A stretch of DNA of 64,000 nucleotides. Origin: Vitrella brassicaformis CCMP3155 (Eukaryota > Protista > Chromerida). A program made the translations under genes and the position numbers. The stretch is taken from NCBI GenBank assembly GCA_001179505.1, contig CDMY01000425.1:15010-79009 (forward strand), in the 5' to 3' direction. Below, in pieces: positions 59,265 through 64,000 of the stretch (within the stretch, counting starts at the first letter, position 1; each line of letters starts with the position of its first letter). The notes beneath the pieces were generated by a model. That model was not told the origin of the DNA, did not search any database, and was given only the letters and a program-made list of their open reading frames with translations.

Positions 59265-62071
59265 ATGGCGCGAAGCAGAAGGGAGCTGCTCAAGAAGACA
59301 CTCAAGTCCAAAGCGGATGAGATGCAGCGACACGCAGCCGCCGTACAGGAGGACGCCAAGGCCAAAAAGGAGACAGCACCTGCCGCTGCCGTCTCACCGC
59401 CCACATCATCGGGCCCGCTCAAGAGGACAGTTATCTCCCTTCGTGTGCCCAGCGTCATGGTGCCGCCGATGGATGTGGTGGACACACCCGCACTAGCGAG
59501 ATGCCGCAGGGTGCCGATGCGCACGCACCATAAGGTCAGATGCACAAGACAACGGCAGAGAAACGTGGTGCGAGAAGGTGCCTGCGGTGGTGTGCAGAGG
59601 GGCGAACCGACCAGGGACGTAGGGCCTTTTTCACCGATCCGTCTCATCTCCCCTCGCTGGCGCGCCCTGTCCGTCGGTGAGCATGACGGCGACTGCCTTT
59701 CATGGGAGGACATCGAGGCCCGTCTCCCGGCTGGTGGCGACGGAAGGCCGCAAACACACGTTCAGGACAAGATGACAGACTCGACATCATCCGCCGGCGA
59801 CTCTTCTTTACAAGGCAGCAAACATGAAGTGGTTCGAAGCCCTCGCGCGGCACCTGTCGAAGAGACAGACCTCTCCCGCATGACAGAGGTGCCGAAGATT
59901 GTGCAGAGGGCCTTCAGAGCGGCCGCCAAGGATGGCGGTAACACCATGTCTGCCGGCCAATTCGTAGATCTCTGTCGCCAGTGCGGGTGGCTGGAGACAC
60001 GAAAGGCAGCTGCCATGCAGCAGCCGGCCGATCCTCCCGCACAGCACGAGTGGACGAGCCAGCGGACTCAGACAACCCTATCGTCTGCAACCGGTCCTCA
60101 GAGCGCCGCCAGATGTCTGCCCTTCACGGTGCGTGACGCAGAGGCCGTTTTCACCCGAGCGAGGAACGAGAGGTCCAGAAAACTGGCTTTGCGAGACTTC
60201 GACGTGGCGCTTCATCTGGTGGCGCTGCGCAGAGCGAGACCTGCCGTGAGCGAGCAGCCAACACCACTACCACCATTGAGCCCTCGTCACCTGGACGTGT
60301 TCTTTTGTTCAGGAGGAGCTGTACAGCAGTTTGAGAGCTCTCGTTGAGCGAGAGAAGGACAAGAGGAAGACAGTGCGACAGGGAATTGTCTCCTTTGGCC
60401 ACAAGGACGAGGAGAGATCTTCGGATGAAGGCGGGCAGGGGCCGGAGGGCTCCGAGCGACCGGTAAGAGCACAAATGGACGAGGAGACAGCTGTATCTCT
60501 CATTGGTGCCTTCATCCATGTATGTGTGTCTGCAGCTGTATGCATCTGCCCGGACCAATCTGACCACCATGACTGAGAAGGCGGCACGAGAGTTCGTGTC
60601 TCCTACCTCCCGGCAGCCTGCACCAACGTCGACATCTCCCCCTGGCATCCGAGCCATCGCGTCACCACGCCCATTCAGCGCACATCATGCTTACAGGCGA
60701 GGCGAGAAGGCCACTCTCCCCTCCCTTGTGCCGACGGGACCATATGTCTGCCATGGCTGGTGTCACGCAGATGGCCGCATGACGGGCCTGTATCGATGCC
60801 TCAGGCGGCTGCGGCCCCCCCGATGACCCGCCTGGGTGACAAAGAGAAAGAGGGCGCCAAGAAGGACAAGCCAGTGGTGTGGCAGTTCATTGTGCCCCCC
60901 AATAGCTTCAGAGAACACGAAGACACAGCAGCAGACACAGACCGGCCCCTCATCCAGCGGACCTCCTTGCCGCCCACAGACCTCCCCACGTCCACCCATC
61001 GCGTTTCGCTCTACAGCACGTCTACCACGCCCCGACATGTGCCGCCCGTGCAGTATCACCAACAGCATCATCACGCGAAGGAGGCCGCTGCTGTCCCCCC
61101 TCATCACGAAGACGCTGCTGATACGGTCTTTGACCTTGACGCGTTCCTCAAAGGCACGCAGCCGGAGCGGCCGGAGATTTTGGCGAGATTGGTGCTCCCC
61201 ATAGCGCCAGGCAGGATCCTGACTGGCAGCAGTGTGCGGCGGGTAGGCTGACCCGACCAAACGTCGCGTACGAGACATGGCTGCCCGACGGGATTCTTCT
61301 CTCTTCTGTTGCCAGGCTATGCAAGCGAAAGGCGCAGCATTTGTAGGTGATGATGGCATTGAGGGGAGCAGTGCCAGCCCATCCACAGACGTGACATCTC
61401 CTCGTGTCTCGCCGCTGGAGGACACGGTGCCTGTGCAGCCCCAGACTGCAGTGGAACGCGCCACAAAACGATTCCGGTACGTACTCTTGTATGCCTGAGA
61501 CACACAAAGACCGACTCACTGCATGCACTTCTTATGTGTATCCAGGCTGAGGAGCGCACCGCCCCATCGAGTCTCTCAGCGGCCAGCCCCAAACCCTTCA
61601 TCGCCTTCGCCGCGCTCGCCAGACGAGGCAGCACCCCGCCCTCTCAGCGCACGATTCGTTCGTATATCCGCCCTCCAGCGCGGCAGCTCTTCTTCGTCTC
61701 GCGTGCAGTCGCCGTCTCCCCCGCCCAGCCACCCTTGCTCGCCCTCTCCGTCCCCCCACCTCAGCCGGGGCGTGGTACTTAGATACTTTGAGAAACATGC
61801 GCATGATTTGGAGCGCCTGGGATCGCATCGGGAGCAGCTGCTGAGCGAGGCGATGAAGTGGATCCCTGAGGTGCGGGAGGAGGGGGGCCGGCCGGTGAGC
61901 CAGGAGGAGGTTTATCGAAGGCCACAGAGCAGCAGACGAGGGCGGCCTGTGACACAAAGCCCCCTGGTGGTGAGTGCGGAAGAGGAGATCAGGAGCCGGC
62001 GGTTGGGTGCGCATTTGAGACGAGTATGGAGACATGCAGGGCCGCAGCTAGTGCCGCTGTCGAGCATTTGA
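59265..62071 (+). CDS. Long, mostly low-complexity protein containing a p25alpha/TPPP-like domain
   Basis: TMSAGQFVDLCRQCGWL...FTVRDAEAVFTRAR...RKLALRDFDVALHLVA matches the p25alpha pattern. The downstream exon structure is less certain. Confidence 0.6.
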
Positions 62072-62109
62072 GGTGGGAGGTGGTTGGTGCGCTGATGTGT
62101 GTGCGCGCG

Positions 62110-62409
62110 NNNNNNNNNNNNNNNNNNNNNNNNNNNNNNNNNNNNNNNNNNNNNNNNNNNNNNNNNNNNNNNNNNNNNNNNNNNNNNNNNNNNNNNNNNN
62201 NNNNNNNNNNNNNNNNNNNNNNNNNNNNNNNNNNNNNNNNNNNNNNNNNNNNNNNNNNNNNNNNNNNNNNNNNNNNNNNNNNNNNNNNNNNNNNNNNNNN
62301 NNNNNNNNNNNNNNNNNNNNNNNNNNNNNNNNNNNNNNNNNNNNNNNNNNNNNNNNNNNNNNNNNNNNNNNNNNNNNNNNNNNNNNNNNNNNNNNNNNNN
62401 NNNNNNNNN
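62110..62409. other. Assembly gap (300 N)
   Basis: Run of N. Confidence 1.
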
Positions 62410-62816
62410 TTTTTGGCGCACGTGCGACGATCGTCGATACGTGAGAGCTTTTCGACAATTCGTAACATAAGTTGGTCGGCATCATGATGTCCAGTGCAAG
62501 AAAGGATCATAGACAGGCATCTACATGTGCACACAGCAACAAGTCACATGTGTACAACACGTGCGGCACTGTCCTTACGCAATCACAAACTACTTAGGTA
62601 CTGGAGTACACACCTAGGGCGCCCGTCAGCCATTCCCCACGCCACGTCAGCTGTGCCGCACAAACAAAGAAATGACTGTGACAAAATGCCGACGCACGTT
62701 ACATACACACACACACACACACTCACACACACCCACACCCACACCCACCCACACACACACACACAAATACGAACATGCCGCAGGAACGCAGCTCTCTATG
62801 CCTTCAGCTGCCGCCA

Positions 62817-63433
62817 CTAGAGAGAAGAGTGGTGTCTGGGCTCACGCTGTGTCGCACGTTGGGGCGCGACACCACCAGCAGCATCTTCAGTGTCCACGTT
62901 TGACACGACCTCCCTAGGCGTGTGAGTCGCTGACAACCAACACACACACACGCACACACGAATGTCCGTGTCAGCTCAGTGCATAGCTAGGCTGCGTACT
63001 TGGTGGCGGCGGCAGCACCACTCGTCGGAATACAACTGGGTTGTCCTCTGTTTTCCCTCTGCACACACAAACAAGGCACAGACACAGCGTGCTCATGTCC
63101 ACACCCAGAAAGACGCCCTTACGTGTCGCCGATCGGCGTGTCGTCAGCAGCACGCTCCCAGCCGATGACGACCACAGTTTCCGGGTCACCCAAATTCGCC
63201 AGGACCTTCTTGTAATCCCCGACAGTGTTGAAGGGCTGCTCTGGGTTGGTCGCATGGGTCTTGACGACGGCCCCCTCCCCCGTCCTCCCCTCCATTCTCA
63301 AGTAGCGATAGTCCGACTCATCGATGCGACGTTTCACAAAATATTCAGGCGCCACATACGGCAGCATGTCCATCACTGATTTCCCTTTCGGCACCACCAT
63401 CGTCCTCGGTCGGTCCGCCATTTCGACAGGCAT
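62817..63433 (-). CDS. Small three-exon hypothetical protein (possible ubiquitin-like/CRN-N-like fold)
   Basis: Exon 63433-63123 (MPVEMADRPRTMVVPKGKSVMDML...), GTAAG donor, two GT-AG introns preserving frame (...GDTGKTEDNPVVFRRVVLPPPP...), stop at 62817-62819. The fold call is a guess. Confidence 0.45.
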
Positions 63434-63456
63434 TTGGCACCAAGTCGGAGAGAACG

Positions 63457-63690
63457 ACAATCCTGGTGGACAACAGAGGAGCACAGTCAGTCTCCTACAA
63501 CGCACAGATGTCTGATAGGACCAAGGCCATCCGTGTCAGGTATCACCTGGTGCGTGAGAAGGTCGAGGCGGGCGAGGTGGAGGTTGGTTGGATCCCATCC
63601 GCTGAGAACGTGGCAGATATGCTCACCATGAACGTGCCTGCAGGCAAGCACACACCAGTGACAGAGAAGCTGTTCAGCAATCCGTCACAC
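63457..63690 (+). mobile_element. Ty1/copia LTR-retrotransposon RNase H C-terminal remnant
   Basis: TILVDNRGAQSVSYNAQMSDRTKAIRVRYHLVREKVEAGEVEVGWIPSAENVADMLT follows the copia RNase H pattern DN..A...N....RTKHI..RYH..RE......ADxLTK. No upstream RT and no clear LTR. Confidence 0.85.
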
Positions 63691-63807
63691 GCCACGCAAG
63701 ATTTCCTCTTACCGAGGGGCACAAGGATGGATGTGGTGGGGGGAGGCGGCAGATCTGATGTAGATCTGGCAGATGGATTGGCCTCGGAGAAGAGATGTTT
63801 CTTTCTG

Positions 63808-63815
63808 AGCTCGCA
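63808..63815. promoter_or_regulatory. AGCTCGCA motif about 375 bp upstream of the small minus-strand gene
   Basis: Exact 8-mer. Confidence 0.3.
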
Positions 63816-64000
63816 AGATCGGCAGTTTTGTCTCGAGTGAGGTGTCAGAAGTGCAAGTCGGTCCAGGGTTTAGGGCCTAGGGTTCATAGACCGACGATCC
63901 ACTGATCTGTGAGACAGGACGGCTGTTGAGTCTTTGTCCGTTCCATGAGACAGGCCATGGCGGACAGGACGTCAGACAGGATGGACTGACGCATACTACA

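Noticed and set aside
63690-64000. Polypurine tract and 3' LTR of the copia element
   Set aside because: G-rich patches exist near 63714-63745, but no clear TG-starting LTR or second copy can be identified within the window.
1-64000. tRNA, rRNA or spliced-leader genes
   Set aside because: None recognised by eye; tRNAscan-SE and Rfam scans would be needed to exclude them formally.

Overview
Intron-rich, GC-rich eukaryotic genomic DNA. Introns and intergenic DNA are full of (CA)n/(TG)n, (AG)n/(CT)n, CAGA/TCTG and CCAT/ATGG microsatellites. The style and gene content suggest a chromerid alveolate such as Vitrella (inference, not verified). I reconstructed about 20 spliced protein genes by eye: a PARN-like deadenylase (partial), a large secreted mosaic lectin-like protein, two convergent spinster-like MFS paralogs, a coiled-coil protein, YIP1, a roughly 21-22-exon PIWI-clade Argonaute with a degenerate slicer tetrad, an FMO, a plant-type glycerate kinase with a signal-peptide leader, a PapA5/condensation-type acyltransferase, an SLC35D-like transporter, an EF-hand-like protein, a CELF-like 3xRRM protein, REI1/ZNF622, a CBM-like/ankyrin fusion, a PPOX-like flavoprotein, a p25alpha/TPPP-like protein and three hypotheticals. 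There is also a Ty1/copia RNase H remnant, an 11 kb non-coding stretch and two 300-N gaps. Four non-routine signals stand out: (1) an 8-mer, TGCGAGCT/AGCTCGCA, found nine times, always in putative 5' flanks, and twice as a near-identical spaced palindrome, in a window dominated by head-to-head gene pairs; (2) the PIWI protein with a D-E-T-E tetrad; (3) the mosaic secreted protein with a discoidin domain splitting a YfaP-like domain and three PCSK9-CTD-like modules; (4) introns with self-complementary AC...GT ends. All exon boundaries and counts were read manually and need RNA-seq confirmation.
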